64,000 nucleotides of DNA from an uncultured bacterium (GCA_964397255.1 CAYNHQ010000004.1:186480-250479), one strand, 5' to 3'. Counted from the first letter of the stretch, positions 37,355-48,130 are shown. The notes: generated by a model from the letters alone, not told the origin. Made by a program: numbers and translations.

Positions 37355-38204
37355 TTGTCTTCACATACTTTGTCATCCAGCCGCTGAGCGTTCCGTCGTA
37401 TCGAATCACATCCAAATACGAATTTAACCAATGGAGCAGATTCTCATTCTTCCAATTCACCGCCATCGCCTTCGGATCTAACTTGTCTGGCAAGATAATT
37501 TTATGAACTTGGATAGCGTATTTTGGATTCCGAAATTCCCAATCGCTCACCGTAACGTCCTGGTGTAAGACCGCCGAGAGATTTCCGCGAGCAACATCAA
37601 CGTACATTTCATCAAAATCTTTATAGATCTTGAGCTCCGCGTTTGGATAATTGGCTTTTGTGAATTCGGAATAGGCATTCCCGGCCACCACACCCATGGT
37701 TACACCTTTGTTGTCTAAGAATTCGATGGAATCCGGCCCTCTCCCTCGTTGGGCCTGCGCGATTCGATTCACCAGTAACACTTCGGTGAGCGTGGCATAG
37801 GCATTCGTGTATTGAACCCGCAACGCTCGTCTCGGCGTAATACTTATGCGCGAGATCGCCACGTCGGCCTTGCCTGCTTCGACTTGGTCGAGAAGTTCAT
37901 CGAAGGTTTTGGCGGTTCGAAGAAAATTAACTTTCACTCCAATTTTGCTGGCGATGTCGCGTGCCATTTCCACATCCAGACCGATTAACTGACCCGATGA
38001 GGTGGTCATAAAAAATGGTGCACTGTCCTTTTGGTGCATCGCCACGACGATGGATCCATTCTTTATGATGCGCGCCAGATCAGGCGCACCTTCCATTCCT
38101 TGGGCGACAAACGGCAAGATAAACACGAAAACGAAGAATCGCAGCGAATCCACGAAATGAAAATAATAGCCCAACTCACGATGATGTCCATAACCGGTAG
38201 CCAA
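37335..38204 (-). CDS. Amino-acid ABC transporter substrate-binding protein (SBP family 3)
   Basis: Signal-like N-terminus. Periplasmic binding-protein segments (IVVAMHQKDSAPFFMT, GLDVEMARDIASKIGVKVNF). Confidence 0.65.
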   Translation of the reverse strand: MATGYGHHRELGYYFHFVDSLRFFVFVFILPFVAQGMEGAPDLARIIKNGSIVVAMHQKDSAPFFMTTSSGQLIGLDVEMARDIASKIGVKVNFLRTAKTFDELLDQVEAGKADVAISRISITPRRALRVQYTNAYATLTEVLLVNRIAQAQRGRGPDSIEFLDNKGVTMGVVAGNAYSEFTKANYPNAELKIYKDFDEMYVDVARGNLSAVLHQDVTVSDWEFRNPKYAIQVHKIILPDKLDPKAMAVNWKNENLLHWLNSYLDVIRYDGTLSGWMTKYVKTNEWRRK

Positions 38205-38216
38205 AAAAAGAGGTGA

Positions 38217-39101
38217 ATGGTAATGGGGGCGATGCTCAAATTGAAAAAGAAGGAGGGGTGGAAGGAGCGATTTCAGGGTTGGCTCGGAAAATTCCGTACG
38301 GGTGCCATTTCGCGCGAAGAACTCGAGGCGCTGCTTTTTGAGGCCGATTTATCCGCCGAGGTCGTGGATAAACTTTGCGAAGTCGCCAAACATTATGGAG
38401 GGAAAACTGAAGATGAGCTGATCCAGGGTCTTCAGCGTGAAATCGTTTCCTTGCTCGGCGAGATGAATCGACCCGCGACACTTCTTCCCACACCGGGGGC
38501 CATTCTTTTGGTCGGAGTAAACGGCGCCGGGAAAACCACCGTCGCCGGAAGACTTGCATATCAGTTTCACAAAAAAGGATATGAAGTGATTCTCGCGGCG
38601 GGGGACACATTTCGCGCCGGAGCGATTGAGCAACTCAAAAAATGGGGGGAGCGCGCTGACGTTGAAGTGGTCGCACAAAAGGAAGGTGCCGATCCGGCCG
38701 CCGTCATTTTTGATGCCTGGCAAAGATCCGTCGCGCGAAATGCACTTCTGATTGCAGATACCGCCGGGAGACTCCATACGAAGTCACCGCTCATGGAAGA
38801 AATCAAAAAAGTCGTTCGAGTTCTTGGAAAAGATGGGAGAGGAGCACCTCACGAAACATTTCTCGTTCTCGACGCTACGCTTGGCCAAAACTCCATTGCC
38901 CAGGCACGTGAATTCCAAAAAGCCGTTCCATTAACAGGGCTTATTCTTACGAAGATGGACGGCACCGCACGAGGGGGCGCGGCACTCGCCTCTTCGCTGG
39001 AACTGAAACTCCCAATCCGTTATCTTGGAGTAGGGGAGCAAGCGATAGATCTGGTTCCATTTGATGCGATCCAGTTCGCTCAAGAGCTCCTCAGCGCATG
39101 A
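38217..39101 (+). CDS. ftsY: Signal recognition particle receptor FtsY (NG domain form)
   Basis: GTPase motifs GVNGAGKTT, DTAGR, TKMDG. Confidence 0.85.
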   Translation: MVMGAMLKLKKKEGWKERFQGWLGKFRTGAISREELEALLFEADLSAEVVDKLCEVAKHYGGKTEDELIQGLQREIVSLLGEMNRPATLLPTPGAILLVGVNGAGKTTVAGRLAYQFHKKGYEVILAAGDTFRAGAIEQLKKWGERADVEVVAQKEGADPAAVIFDAWQRSVARNALLIADTAGRLHTKSPLMEEIKKVVRVLGKDGRGAPHETFLVLDATLGQNSIAQAREFQKAVPLTGLILTKMDGTARGGAALASSLELKLPIRYLGVGEQAIDLVPFDAIQFAQELLSA

Positions 39102-40732
39102 CCCATTTTTCCATTGCCTACGTTTTTGCGGCTCTTTGCTTCTTTCTCTACGGGCTTCATATGACCGAGGAAGGTTTCCGCCAGGCGGTCGGAGATCAGC
39201 TTCGGGCGAAGATAGGTCGGCTTACGCGCCATCGGCTGGCCGGTTTTTTTCTCGGCATCATCATGGCCATTGTCTTTCAAAGTTCCACAGCAACCACTGT
39301 CATGATGGTGGGGCTGGCGAGCATTGGGCTTCTCAATGTTCGTCAGGCCGCGGCCGTCGTTTTGGGCGCTGATGTGGGAACGACACTATTGGTAGTTTTG
39401 CTCGCATCGATTGTTCGATTCGATGCCACGATTCTGTCTTTCTCGATTTTGGTTTCCGGTTTCGTGGCCACCTTTCTTTTGCGTCAGGGGCGCAGACAAT
39501 TTTTTGCTGAGGCCCTTCTCGGTTTTGGTTTCATTTTTTATGGATTGACGCTCATGGGAACTTCCGCGACTCCTCTTCGGGAATCTCCTTTGTCTCACGA
39601 AGTGATCGCCGCCATTGCGGGAAATCATGCGGCGGCTCTATTTCTTGCGGCTCTTTTCACGGGGCTGGTTCAAAGCAGCGCAGCCATTGTCGGTATTCTC
39701 CTCTCTTTTGCCGCCGCCGGCCTTCTTACTGCCACAGATGCGGTTCCGTTTGTTCTCGGAGCGAATCTAGGGGGAACCGTGGGCCCTCTCCTAGCTGGTT
39801 TTCGTGCGCAAACGGAAGGAAAGCGTTTGGCGCTACTTCATGTCATGACGAAGTCCCTCGTCATCTTTGCGCTGCTTCCTTTCGCGGATGTCATCGGGGA
39901 GTGGGCCACCGAACAAATTTCCGTTCCTTCGTATCAAGTGGCGGCGATTCACATATTTTTTAACGTTATCTTGGCTGTTGTTTTTCTACCTATTGTTCCG
40001 CTTCTCTCCCGTTGGATGTCGACATTGGTTCGCCCGCGTGTAGGCGAATCAGAATTTGGGCCCAAATATTTGGACGAGCATGCGTTGGAGTCCCCGACAT
40101 TGGCCTTCGCAAATGTGACACGTGAAATTCTCCGAATGGCCGAAATCACGCAGGAGATGTGCGCTCTGGCGTTGGCTCCCTTCGAAGAACAGGACCGTGA
40201 GACGATGAATCGCCTCGAAGAGATGGATGATCAAGTGGATCGCCTCGACAAGGGGATTAAATTCTACTTGGCCAAAGTCGCGCAAACAAAACTCACCGAT
40301 GAACAAGCGCAACGCGAGTTGGAACTGCTCATGCTTACACACGACCTCGAATCGGTGGGCGATGTGGTCTCCAAGGATTTGATGGCTCTGGCGGAAAAAC
40401 GACGACGAAAAGGAGTATCGTTTTCCACCGTAGGGCGGGAAGAAATTCATGAGTTTCACCGCCAAGTGATGGAAAATTTTCAGTTGGCGGTGACTTCGTT
40501 TGCGACCGGCAATATCGAGATCGGACAAAAGGTCATGAGGCACAAAAAGCAAATCGCCCAATTGGAGCAGGAACTCAGCCAAAAACACCTTTTTCGCCTT
40601 CATCAGGGATACAAAGAGTCCATTGAAACCTCGTCGATCCATTTAGATATATTGAGCAATCTTCGCCGAATCAATTCGATCATTTGCAAGATGGCCTACC
40701 CTGTCTTGGACCGTCGTGGAGCCCACTCCTAG
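39098..40732 (+). CDS. Na/Pi-cotransporter family protein with C-terminal PhoU-like domains
   Basis: N-terminal polytopic Na/Pi-cotransporter repeats. C-terminal helical PhoU-like region. ATGA overlap with ftsY. Confidence 0.75.
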   Translation: MTHFSIAYVFAALCFFLYGLHMTEEGFRQAVGDQLRAKIGRLTRHRLAGFFLGIIMAIVFQSSTATTVMMVGLASIGLLNVRQAAAVVLGADVGTTLLVVLLASIVRFDATILSFSILVSGFVATFLLRQGRRQFFAEALLGFGFIFYGLTLMGTSATPLRESPLSHEVIAAIAGNHAAALFLAALFTGLVQSSAAIVGILLSFAAAGLLTATDAVPFVLGANLGGTVGPLLAGFRAQTEGKRLALLHVMTKSLVIFALLPFADVIGEWATEQISVPSYQVAAIHIFFNVILAVVFLPIVPLLSRWMSTLVRPRVGESEFGPKYLDEHALESPTLAFANVTREILRMAEITQEMCALALAPFEEQDRETMNRLEEMDDQVDRLDKGIKFYLAKVAQTKLTDEQAQRELELLMLTHDLESVGDVVSKDLMALAEKRRRKGVSFSTVGREEIHEFHRQVMENFQLAVTSFATGNIEIGQKVMRHKKQIAQLEQELSQKHLFRLHQGYKESIETSSIHLDILSNLRRINSIICKMAYPVLDRRGAHS

Positions 40733-40786
40733 CCACGGGCATTTCAAACTTGACGGAGCCGACCCATATTAGGTATTCCGGTCGGC

Positions 40787-41059
40787 ATGAGCACGGAAGT
40801 AAAGATCCTCGGCAAGGCTTATACGGTTCGGAGCGGTTTTGACGATTCATTTGCCAATGAGTCAGCCGATTTGGTGAATTCGAAAATGCGCGAGCTGATT
40901 GGAAAGGCGGGTTCTCTTTCGACGGAGAAAATTGCAATATTGACGGCCATGAATCTTGCGGGCGAATTGCTGCAAGAGCGGCGGCAAGCGGCCCGAATTC
41001 GAGACACCATTCAGAAGCGTGGCAACCGCATTCTCAAGCTCGTCGACGCACAGCTTTAA
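40787..41059 (+). CDS. zapA: Cell division protein ZapA
   Basis: 90-aa protein VKILGKAYTVRSGFDDSFANESADLVNSKMREL... reads as ZapA-like. Confidence 0.55.
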   Translation: MSTEVKILGKAYTVRSGFDDSFANESADLVNSKMRELIGKAGSLSTEKIAILTAMNLAGELLQERRQAARIRDTIQKRGNRILKLVDAQL

Positions 41060-41145
41060 TTTCTTTCCACTTGTTGATTGATCCCCATTGAGCCGCATGA
41101 TGCACGTGTGGATTAGGTGGTAATAGAACAGGAAATGTTTCAAGT

Positions 41146-41946
41146 ATGAATATTCTTTTAATTGGAGATGTATTTGGAAAGCCGGGACGACGGGCCATTA
41201 TGGAGAGCCTTCCCGCGCTCATCAAAAATGAGGCCCTCGATTTCGTGATCGCTAACGGGGAAAATCTCGCGGGAGGGAAGGGGATGACTCCGGACAAATG
41301 TGAAGAATTGTTTGCCGCCGGTGTCGACATCATTACCAGTGGCAATCACGTTCGAGACCAAAAAGAGATCGATCCGGCTCTCGACTCCGACTCCCGTCTT
41401 CTTCGCCCGCTCAATTACCCGCCCCATAGCATGCCGGGAAGGGGATGGATCGTGCGCGCGGCAAAAAATGGTGTGGAAGTGGGAGTGATCAATGCCATTG
41501 GCCGGGTTCATATGGGCGAAATTCCCTCGCCATTTGAGATTACACTGGGCGCGGTGACCGAGTGCCGAAAAACGACATCGATTATCATTGTCGACTTTCA
41601 TGCCGAAGCGACGTCAGAAAAGCGGGCATTGGGGTGGTATCTCAATGGAAAAGTTTCAGCGGTCTTGGGAACGCACACGCATGTTCAAACCGCTGACGAG
41701 GAAATTCTATCGGAGGGTACGGCCTATATCAGCGATGTGGGAATGACGGGCCCCTATGATTCCGTCATCGGTCTTCGAAAAGACCTGGCGCTGGAGCGTT
41801 TTGTTCTGGGCATTAAGGGGAAATTTGATGTCGGGAAAAATGACGTTCGTTTTTGCGGAGCTATTGTGGACGTGGATTCAAAAACAGGTCGCGCCCGGTC
41901 CATCCGGCGTGTCCGCCAAGATCTCGGCACGCTAGCCCCAGGTTAA
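41146..41946 (+). CDS. ymdB: YmdB-family metallophosphoesterase (2',3'-cyclic-nucleotide phosphodiesterase-like)
   Basis: MNILLIGDVFGKPGRRA...VIANGENLAGGKG...GNH... is the calcineurin-like/YmdB signature. Confidence 0.75.
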   Translation: MNILLIGDVFGKPGRRAIMESLPALIKNEALDFVIANGENLAGGKGMTPDKCEELFAAGVDIITSGNHVRDQKEIDPALDSDSRLLRPLNYPPHSMPGRGWIVRAAKNGVEVGVINAIGRVHMGEIPSPFEITLGAVTECRKTTSIIIVDFHAEATSEKRALGWYLNGKVSAVLGTHTHVQTADEEILSEGTAYISDVGMTGPYDSVIGLRKDLALERFVLGIKGKFDVGKNDVRFCGAIVDVDSKTGRARSIRRVRQDLGTLAPG

Positions 41947-42503
41947 CTAGGACGATATCGGAAACAGTCGGTGGTATGGTCGGCGACAAGTCCGCAGGCC
42001 TGCATGAAGGCGTAACAAATCGTTGAACCGACAAAATTAAAACCTCTCTTTTTTAAATCTCTGCTCATGGCGTCCGATTCTCGGGTTCGAGGAGGAACTT
42101 CCTTGAGGGAGCGGGGAGAATTTCGGATCGGTTTTCCAGCTACGAATTGCCAAATATAACGATCAAAACTTCCAAATTCCTTCTGCACATCGAGAAACGC
42201 CCTAGCATTTTCAATTGTCGAACGAATCTTGAGCCGATTCCGAACAATCCCTTCATTTCGCAAGAGATCTTTTTCTTTCTTCGATGTGTAGCGCGAAATT
42301 TTTTTTGGATCGAATCCGTTAAACGCTCGGCGATAGTTTTCTCGCTTGCGGAGAATCGTAATCCAAGAGAGTCCCGCCTGCGCACCCTCGAGCGTGATGA
42401 ATTCAAAGAGCGTTCGATCGTCGTGCACGGGTCTTCCCCACTCGTCGTCGTGGTATGCGATATAGAGGGGGTCGCTGCCCGACCATGCGCAGCGATTTTT
42501 CAT
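41943..42503 (-). CDS. tag: DNA-3-methyladenine glycosylase I
   Basis: YHDDEWGRPVHDDRTLFEFITLEGAQAGLSWITIL is the Tag signature. Confidence 0.85.
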   Translation of the reverse strand: MKNRCAWSGSDPLYIAYHDDEWGRPVHDDRTLFEFITLEGAQAGLSWITILRKRENYRRAFNGFDPKKISRYTSKKEKDLLRNEGIVRNRLKIRSTIENARAFLDVQKEFGSFDRYIWQFVAGKPIRNSPRSLKEVPPRTRESDAMSRDLKKRGFNFVGSTICYAFMQACGLVADHTTDCFRYRPS

Positions 42504-42925
42504 TTCACGAAGGTCGAAAGATGTTGAGTGAGGGCCTGCAGAATTTTTCCTTCCAACACGTAGTCAGTGGGGAGTGCTTTCCAATGCTCTCCATCGAAGG
42601 TTTGCCGCTGGTTGTAGAGTGTGAGGAGAGATTTATCGTTTTGCGAAATGATTCTTCCCGATATTCGATTTCGAATCGTTATTCCAAGAGTTTGTTCCGT
42701 GATCTGCTTCGTTGAAAAAAACCCCTCGGTATCATCCGCCACTTCCAAAGGGAATTTGAAGTCGTTTTCTATGACGGTAATGGTTGCCTTCCAAAGCGTG
42801 GTAAAGGGGAAATCAAATATTTTCGCATTGGGTGGGACCGGAGAGACGGGTGGGGTAGATCCCACACAACCAAATACGGAGAAAAGGAATAGAAAAAACG
42901 TTAGCCGGAGATTGGAGTAAGCCAT
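42500..42925 (-). CDS. Hypothetical lipoprotein
   Basis: Lipobox VFGC after a signal peptide. Confidence 0.4.
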   Translation of the reverse strand: MAYSNLRLTFFLFLFSVFGCVGSTPPVSPVPPNAKIFDFPFTTLWKATITVIENDFKFPLEVADDTEGFFSTKQITEQTLGITIRNRISGRIISQNDKSLLTLYNQRQTFDGEHWKALPTDYVLEGKILQALTQHLSTFVK

Positions 42926-43824
42926 TCTCGATATTTCGGAACTCGTCCGTACACCACATCGGTATACAGTTGCTGCAATTTTCGCGTGATGGGACCCGGA
43001 ACGCCCTTCCCAATTTGTCGGTGGTCTATTTCTCGGATCGGTGTAATTTCCGCTGCTGTTCCGGTAAAGAATATTTCATCAGCGACATAAAGATCGTCAC
43101 GTGTCAGTCCTTCTTCGATCAGCGGCATCCCTTCATTTTTCGCCAATGTTATTACCGTATCCCGAGTTATTCCGCGTAAAATGGCTCCTAGAGTGGGAGT
43201 CTTGATCACGCCATCTCGGACAATAAAAATGTTTTCGCCCGAACCTTCGGCGACATAGCCCTCCGGATCGAGGAGGATCGCTTCGTCGAATCCTCCTACT
43301 CGAGCTTCTCTTTTGGCCAAAACTGAATTGACATACTGGCCCGTAATCTTCCCCTTTGTGAAATTCGTGTTTCGATGCAGGCGGGTATAGCTCGAAATTT
43401 TTGTTCGAACGCCGTCTTTAAGGGCGTCTTTTCCAAGATAGGCTCCCCATCCGTAGGTGACCATGGCGACACGGACCGGATTATCATAGGCCCAGAGTCC
43501 GACATTGGGTCCCTCGGAGATAAAGGCCAGCGGCCGAACATATCCTTCTTTTAATCCGCAAATCCGGAGGAGTTCCAAACAGCCGTCCCGGAGTTGCGTG
43601 GCAGTGAAGGGAAGTTTGAGCGCGACGATTTTCACGGATTCTTCGAATCGACGAAGATGATCGCCCAGGCGAAAAAGAGCCGGACCTCGTTCCGTGTTGT
43701 AATAGCGAATTCCTTCAAACGCTCCGACGCCATAGTGAAGCGAATGGGTCATGATGTGGACGTTTGCATCCCCCCAGGGAACCAACTTTCCATCCATCCA
43801 GATCTTTTCCGTCGGCTGATACAT
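42901..43824 (-). CDS. ilvE: Branched-chain amino acid aminotransferase
   Basis: Class IV aminotransferase. ...FEGIRYY... and ...EIFFTGTAAEITPI... reads as IlvE. Confidence 0.85.
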   Translation of the reverse strand: MYQPTEKIWMDGKLVPWGDANVHIMTHSLHYGVGAFEGIRYYNTERGPALFRLGDHLRRFEESVKIVALKLPFTATQLRDGCLELLRICGLKEGYVRPLAFISEGPNVGLWAYDNPVRVAMVTYGWGAYLGKDALKDGVRTKISSYTRLHRNTNFTKGKITGQYVNSVLAKREARVGGFDEAILLDPEGYVAEGSGENIFIVRDGVIKTPTLGAILRGITRDTVITLAKNEGMPLIEEGLTRDDLYVADEIFFTGTAAEITPIREIDHRQIGKGVPGPITRKLQQLYTDVVYGRVPKYREWLTPISG

Positions 43825-43856
43825 GGCGCAGGCAACCTAAGTCGTTGGCTCTCCTT

Positions 43857-44906
43857 CTACAAGTTTTTTTCGCTCTTCTTTAGCGTCACGAGCGACTCTG
43901 AGTATGGTGGTCGGGCGATGCCGTTTTCGGTAATAATTGCAGTGACATAACGGGCGGGCGTGACATCGAATGCGGGATGGCGCGCGTTCATTTCCACTGG
44001 GGCGACCAAATTTCCCCCGAATCGGCGAACCTCCTCCGGATTTCTTTCTTCAATGGGTATCGCTGTTCCCCAAGGAGTTCCCAGATCGATTGTTGAGAGG
44101 GGAGCCGCTACATAAAATGGAATTCCATTTTCTTTTGCCAACACCGCCAACGTGTATGTGCCAATTTTGTTTGCAACGTCTCCATTCGCCACAATTCGAT
44201 CGGCTCCCACGATGACTAAATCAACTTCCCGTCGCGACATAAAATGCCCCGCCATATTGTCGGAGATCAAAGTTGCGGGAATCTCTAACTCACCCAATTC
44301 CCAGGATGTGAGCCGAGCACCTTGCAGAAAGGGCCGGGTTTCATCTACCCAGACGGAAACGTTTTTACCCGATTCTGCCGCCGAACGAATCACACCGACT
44401 GCCGTGCCCCATCCCGCCGTGGCTAATGCCCCCGCATTGCAGTGGGTGAGAATTTTCGCATGGCTCGGGATCAGCGAAGCGCCGAAGTCCCCCATGGTTT
44501 TGCAGGCCCGAATGTCTTCCTCTCGAATTTTTTTCGCTTCCTCCAAGAGTTTTGCCGCCCATTCCTTCGTATGGGGGTATGATTTCGCTGCGGTCCGCTT
44601 CATCCGTTCGATTCCCCAGAAGAGATTGACGGCGGTCGGTCGCGTCGACGCAAATCGTTCGCACCAACGGCCAAATTGCATATTGGCCTCGGGCAGAGAA
44701 ATCGACGTATCTTGATTTGCTGCCAAAGCGAGGCCAAGCGCCGCAGTCACGCCAATGGCGGGAGCTCCTCGCACAATCATTTTTTCTATCGATTGGACGA
44801 CGTCCTCCGGGTCTGAATAGGAGTGATAGATCACCTGGTGAGGAAGAAGCGTCTGATCGATCACGACGACTTGATTGTCTTTCCATTCCACCGTTTCAAA
44901 CGGCAC
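43857..44906 (-). CDS. mtnA: S-methyl-5-thioribose-1-phosphate isomerase (eIF-2B alpha/beta/delta family)
   Basis: IVRGAPAIGVTAALGLALAA... and ...VIVGADRIVANGDVANKIGT... are eIF-2B-family signatures. Confidence 0.75.
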   Translation of the reverse strand: MPFETVEWKDNQVVVIDQTLLPHQVIYHSYSDPEDVVQSIEKMIVRGAPAIGVTAALGLALAANQDTSISLPEANMQFGRWCERFASTRPTAVNLFWGIERMKRTAAKSYPHTKEWAAKLLEEAKKIREEDIRACKTMGDFGASLIPSHAKILTHCNAGALATAGWGTAVGVIRSAAESGKNVSVWVDETRPFLQGARLTSWELGELEIPATLISDNMAGHFMSRREVDLVIVGADRIVANGDVANKIGTYTLAVLAKENGIPFYVAAPLSTIDLGTPWGTAIPIEERNPEEVRRFGGNLVAPVEMNARHPAFDVTPARYVTAIITENGIARPPYSESLVTLKKSEKNL

Positions 44907-46356
44907 GGCCCAGCTCCTCTTTTAGAATTTGATTCACTAATTCGGGGTTGGCTTTTCCCTGTGAGGCTTTCATGACCTGGCCCACAAAAAATCCAAAGAG
45001 TTTCTCTTTTCCAGCGCGGTAGTCCGACGCTTGACTCGGGTTCGCAGCGACAATGGCTTTCACTATTTTTCGGATTTCTTCCGGATCGGTGAGTTGCGAA
45101 AGGCCCTGACTCGCCACAATATCCGCAGCGCTTTTTCCCGAAGCCGCCATTTCATCAATCACTTCTTTCGCCATTTTTCCGCTGATCTTCCCCGAATCTT
45201 TCAAATTCAAAAGGTCGGCCAGCGCCACCGGAGAGATACCCGCCTGGTCCACGGATTTCCCCTTTTCATTCGCAATTCGAAGAACCTCTCCCATGACAAA
45301 GTTGCTGATCGTCTTTACTCGCTCGGGGGAGGGATTTCCATAAGCCTTTAGCGCGGTCTCAAAATAGTCGGCCATCTCTTTCTCGGCCGTCAAAACTCCC
45401 GCATCGTATGAGGGAAGGGCATATTCTTTCTCAAATCTTTTTCTCCGTTCATCGGGCAACTCGGGAAGGGATGTTTGCGCGTCTTTAATAAGCTGGGCTG
45501 GGAGTTCGAGAGGAAGCAGGTCGGGATCGGGAAAATAACGATAATCGTGGGCGTGTTCCTTTGATCGCATCGATGCGGTGAGATTTTTGTCGGGATTCCA
45601 AAGCCGCGTTTCCTGAACGATCTTCTCGCCCGATTCGAGAGCTTCCGTTTGCCGGAAAATTTCGTACTCAATGGCTTTTTGAACATGCTTAAACGAATTC
45701 ATGTTCTTGATTTCTACCTTCGTTCCAAATTCTTTCGCTCCCCTTTTACGAACCGAAACATTGGCATCGCAACGGAAACTTCCTTCCTCCATATTTCCGT
45801 CGCAGACCTCCAGATAACGGAGGGTCGTGCGAAGTTTTTTCAAATAAGCGGCGGCATCCTCGCCCGACCGAAGATGGGGCTCGCCGACAATTTCAATGAG
45901 CGGCACCCCCGCACGATTAAGATCGACCAAGCTCCCTTCCTTTGTAATCATGCTGTCGCCGTGAAGGAGTTTTCCGGCATCTTCCTCCATGTGAATTCGC
46001 GTAATTCCCACCTCTTTGGGGCCTTCTTTCGTGTCGATGGTCATTTTTCCATTTGTGCACAGAGGAGCTTCATATTGTGAAATTTGATAGCCCTTGGGGA
46101 GATCAGGATAAAAATAATTTTTTCGTGCAAAGATCGATCGCGGATGAATCTTGCAGTGAAGGGCAATCCCCGCCTTGAGCGCGAATTGAACGGCCTGGCC
46201 GTTGAGTACAGGCAATGCACCTGGCAGGCCGAGACATACAGGACATGTCAGCGTGTTTCCTTCTTTACCGAATAAATTCTCACAGCGGCAAAAGAGTTTC
46301 GTTTTGGTCTTTAGTTGCGCATGGACTTCCAGGCCGATGACTGCTTCGTAGTTCAT
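44896..46356 (-). CDS. gatB: Asp-tRNA(Asn)/Glu-tRNA(Gln) amidotransferase subunit B
   Basis: MNYEAVIGLEVHAQL...CDANVSVR... reads as GatB. Confidence 0.9.
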   Translation of the reverse strand: MNYEAVIGLEVHAQLKTKTKLFCRCENLFGKEGNTLTCPVCLGLPGALPVLNGQAVQFALKAGIALHCKIHPRSIFARKNYFYPDLPKGYQISQYEAPLCTNGKMTIDTKEGPKEVGITRIHMEEDAGKLLHGDSMITKEGSLVDLNRAGVPLIEIVGEPHLRSGEDAAAYLKKLRTTLRYLEVCDGNMEEGSFRCDANVSVRKRGAKEFGTKVEIKNMNSFKHVQKAIEYEIFRQTEALESGEKIVQETRLWNPDKNLTASMRSKEHAHDYRYFPDPDLLPLELPAQLIKDAQTSLPELPDERRKRFEKEYALPSYDAGVLTAEKEMADYFETALKAYGNPSPERVKTISNFVMGEVLRIANEKGKSVDQAGISPVALADLLNLKDSGKISGKMAKEVIDEMAASGKSAADIVASQGLSQLTDPEEIRKIVKAIVAANPSQASDYRAGKEKLFGFFVGQVMKASQGKANPELVNQILKEELGRAV

Positions 46357-47816
46357 GCCGGAGGCTTTCGTTCAAAATAGCGGGTTTCGGTTTCATAGGC
46401 GTGTCCGACCTGAAAGAGAGTCGATTCGTCGAATGCTTTTCCGATCAACTGAATCCCAAGCGGAAGTCCCGTCGCAGAGAATCCGGATGGAACGGCCAGG
46501 GCGGGAAGGCCGGCCAACGGCGTGGAAACCGTGAAAATATCCGAGAGATACATTTCAAGCGGATTACTTGATCTGCTTCCAATTTTAAAAGCAGGGGTAG
46601 GGGAGGTGGGACTCAGAATCACATCGACTTTCTCAAACGCCTTGGCAAAGTCATTTCGAATCAGCGTCCGGACTTTTTGCCCCTTGAGGTAATACGCGTC
46701 GTAATAGCCGGAGCTCAGCACGAACGTTCCCAGAAGGATTCTCCTCTGCACCTCTTTGCCAAAGCCTTCCGTTCGCGATCTAACAAAAAGCTCCGTCATG
46801 TCATTCGATTTGTCAGACCGGTGTCCATAACGTACGCCGTCGTAGCGAGCGAGATTCGACGAAGCCTCCGCCGTGGCCACAATGTAGTAGCAGGCAATAG
46901 CGTACTCCGTATGCGGCAGCGAAATTTCCACTACTGTGGCCCCTAATTTCTCGAAGTCTCGGAGCGCCTTGGTAAAATTTTCACGAACTTCTTTTGAAAG
47001 TCCTTCCGGAAGAAACTCTTTGGGATAGCCGATCCGGAGCCCCTGGATGGATTGGCCGATTTTCCCACGCGGGGGTTCCATCGTGACTCGTGCGGAGGTT
47101 GATTCGTGGGGATCATGTCCGGCAATCGTTTCGAAAACCAAAGCCGAATCTTCCACTCTTCTCGTCATCGGTCCCACTTGGTCAAGGGAAGAAGCGAACG
47201 CCACCACGCCATACCGGCTGACACGCCCATACGTGGGTTTAAGTCCGACAATTCCGCAGAGGGCCGCGGGCTGGCGAATGGATCCACCCGTATCGGTGCC
47301 CAATGCTGCCGGAGCTTCCCGCGAAGACACGGCAGCAGCGGACCCGCCACTCGATCCTCCCGGCACACATTTTAGATTCCAAGGGTTTCGGACCACTTCG
47401 TAGGCTGAATTTTCATTCGAAGATCCCATCGCAAATTCGTCGCAATTGGTCTTGCCCAGGAACACGGCTCCGGTGTCGCGAAGTTTCTCCGTCACAGTGG
47501 CGTCGTAGGGAGCCACAAAATTTCGGAGAATTTTTGAACCAGCCGTCGTTCGAACCCCCCGAACGTGAATGATGTCTTTAATCGCGATCGGGATTCCGGC
47601 GAGAGGCGAAATCTCGCCCTGTTTGATTTTCTGGTCCGCTCGGTCAGCCATTTCAAGAGCCAGCTCGGGTGTGACGGTGAGAAAAGCTCCGAATGCATGG
47701 TCTCGGTTGTCGATGTCATCGAGAAAAATCTTCGTCATTTCTCGCGAAGATATTTTTCGTTTGTCGAGAAGCGCGCGAAGTTCGGTGAGACTCGCCTCTT
47801 GAATTTGATCACGCAT
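46353..47816 (-). CDS. gatA: Asp-tRNA(Asn)/Glu-tRNA(Gln) amidotransferase subunit A (amidase)
   Basis: Amidase signature GGSSGGSAAAV; K and S catalytic residues; coupled to gatB. Confidence 0.9.
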   Translation of the reverse strand: MRDQIQEASLTELRALLDKRKISSREMTKIFLDDIDNRDHAFGAFLTVTPELALEMADRADQKIKQGEISPLAGIPIAIKDIIHVRGVRTTAGSKILRNFVAPYDATVTEKLRDTGAVFLGKTNCDEFAMGSSNENSAYEVVRNPWNLKCVPGGSSGGSAAAVSSREAPAALGTDTGGSIRQPAALCGIVGLKPTYGRVSRYGVVAFASSLDQVGPMTRRVEDSALVFETIAGHDPHESTSARVTMEPPRGKIGQSIQGLRIGYPKEFLPEGLSKEVRENFTKALRDFEKLGATVVEISLPHTEYAIACYYIVATAEASSNLARYDGVRYGHRSDKSNDMTELFVRSRTEGFGKEVQRRILLGTFVLSSGYYDAYYLKGQKVRTLIRNDFAKAFEKVDVILSPTSPTPAFKIGSRSSNPLEMYLSDIFTVSTPLAGLPALAVPSGFSATGLPLGIQLIGKAFDESTLFQVGHAYETETRYFERKPPA

Positions 47817-47821
47817 GGGAA

Positions 47822-48130
47822 CTATTCGTTCTCCACCACTCGGGGAACTCGAAAATAATGATCTTGTTTGGAAGGAGCATTGGCCAGGCCGACATCGGGA
47901 TCCAGTGAAGGAACAGGCTGGTCCGGGGCCAAAGGTGTCCCCAATGAACCCTCGGCTGTTGTAATCTGAGCCGTGGGTTCGATCTGATTTGTGTCAATCT
48001 CATTTAGCTTTTCAATGTGGGTCAAAATGTCGTTAAACTCGGCGAGACGCTTGGCAAAATCCGACTCCTCAATGCGTAGGCGGGCGAGGGTTGCCACATG
48101 CGCGATATCCTTTTGAGTGAGTTTCGGCAC
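47822..48130 (-). CDS. gatC: Asp-tRNA(Asn)/Glu-tRNA(Gln) amidotransferase subunit C
   Basis: VPKLTQKDIAHVATLARLRIEE... is a GatC N-terminus. Probable GTG start at 48128-48130. The track ORF to 48208 adds an implausible extension. Confidence 0.75.
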   Translation of the reverse strand: MPKLTQKDIAHVATLARLRIEESDFAKRLAEFNDILTHIEKLNEIDTNQIEPTAQITTAEGSLGTPLAPDQPVPSLDPDVGLANAPSKQDHYFRVPRVVENE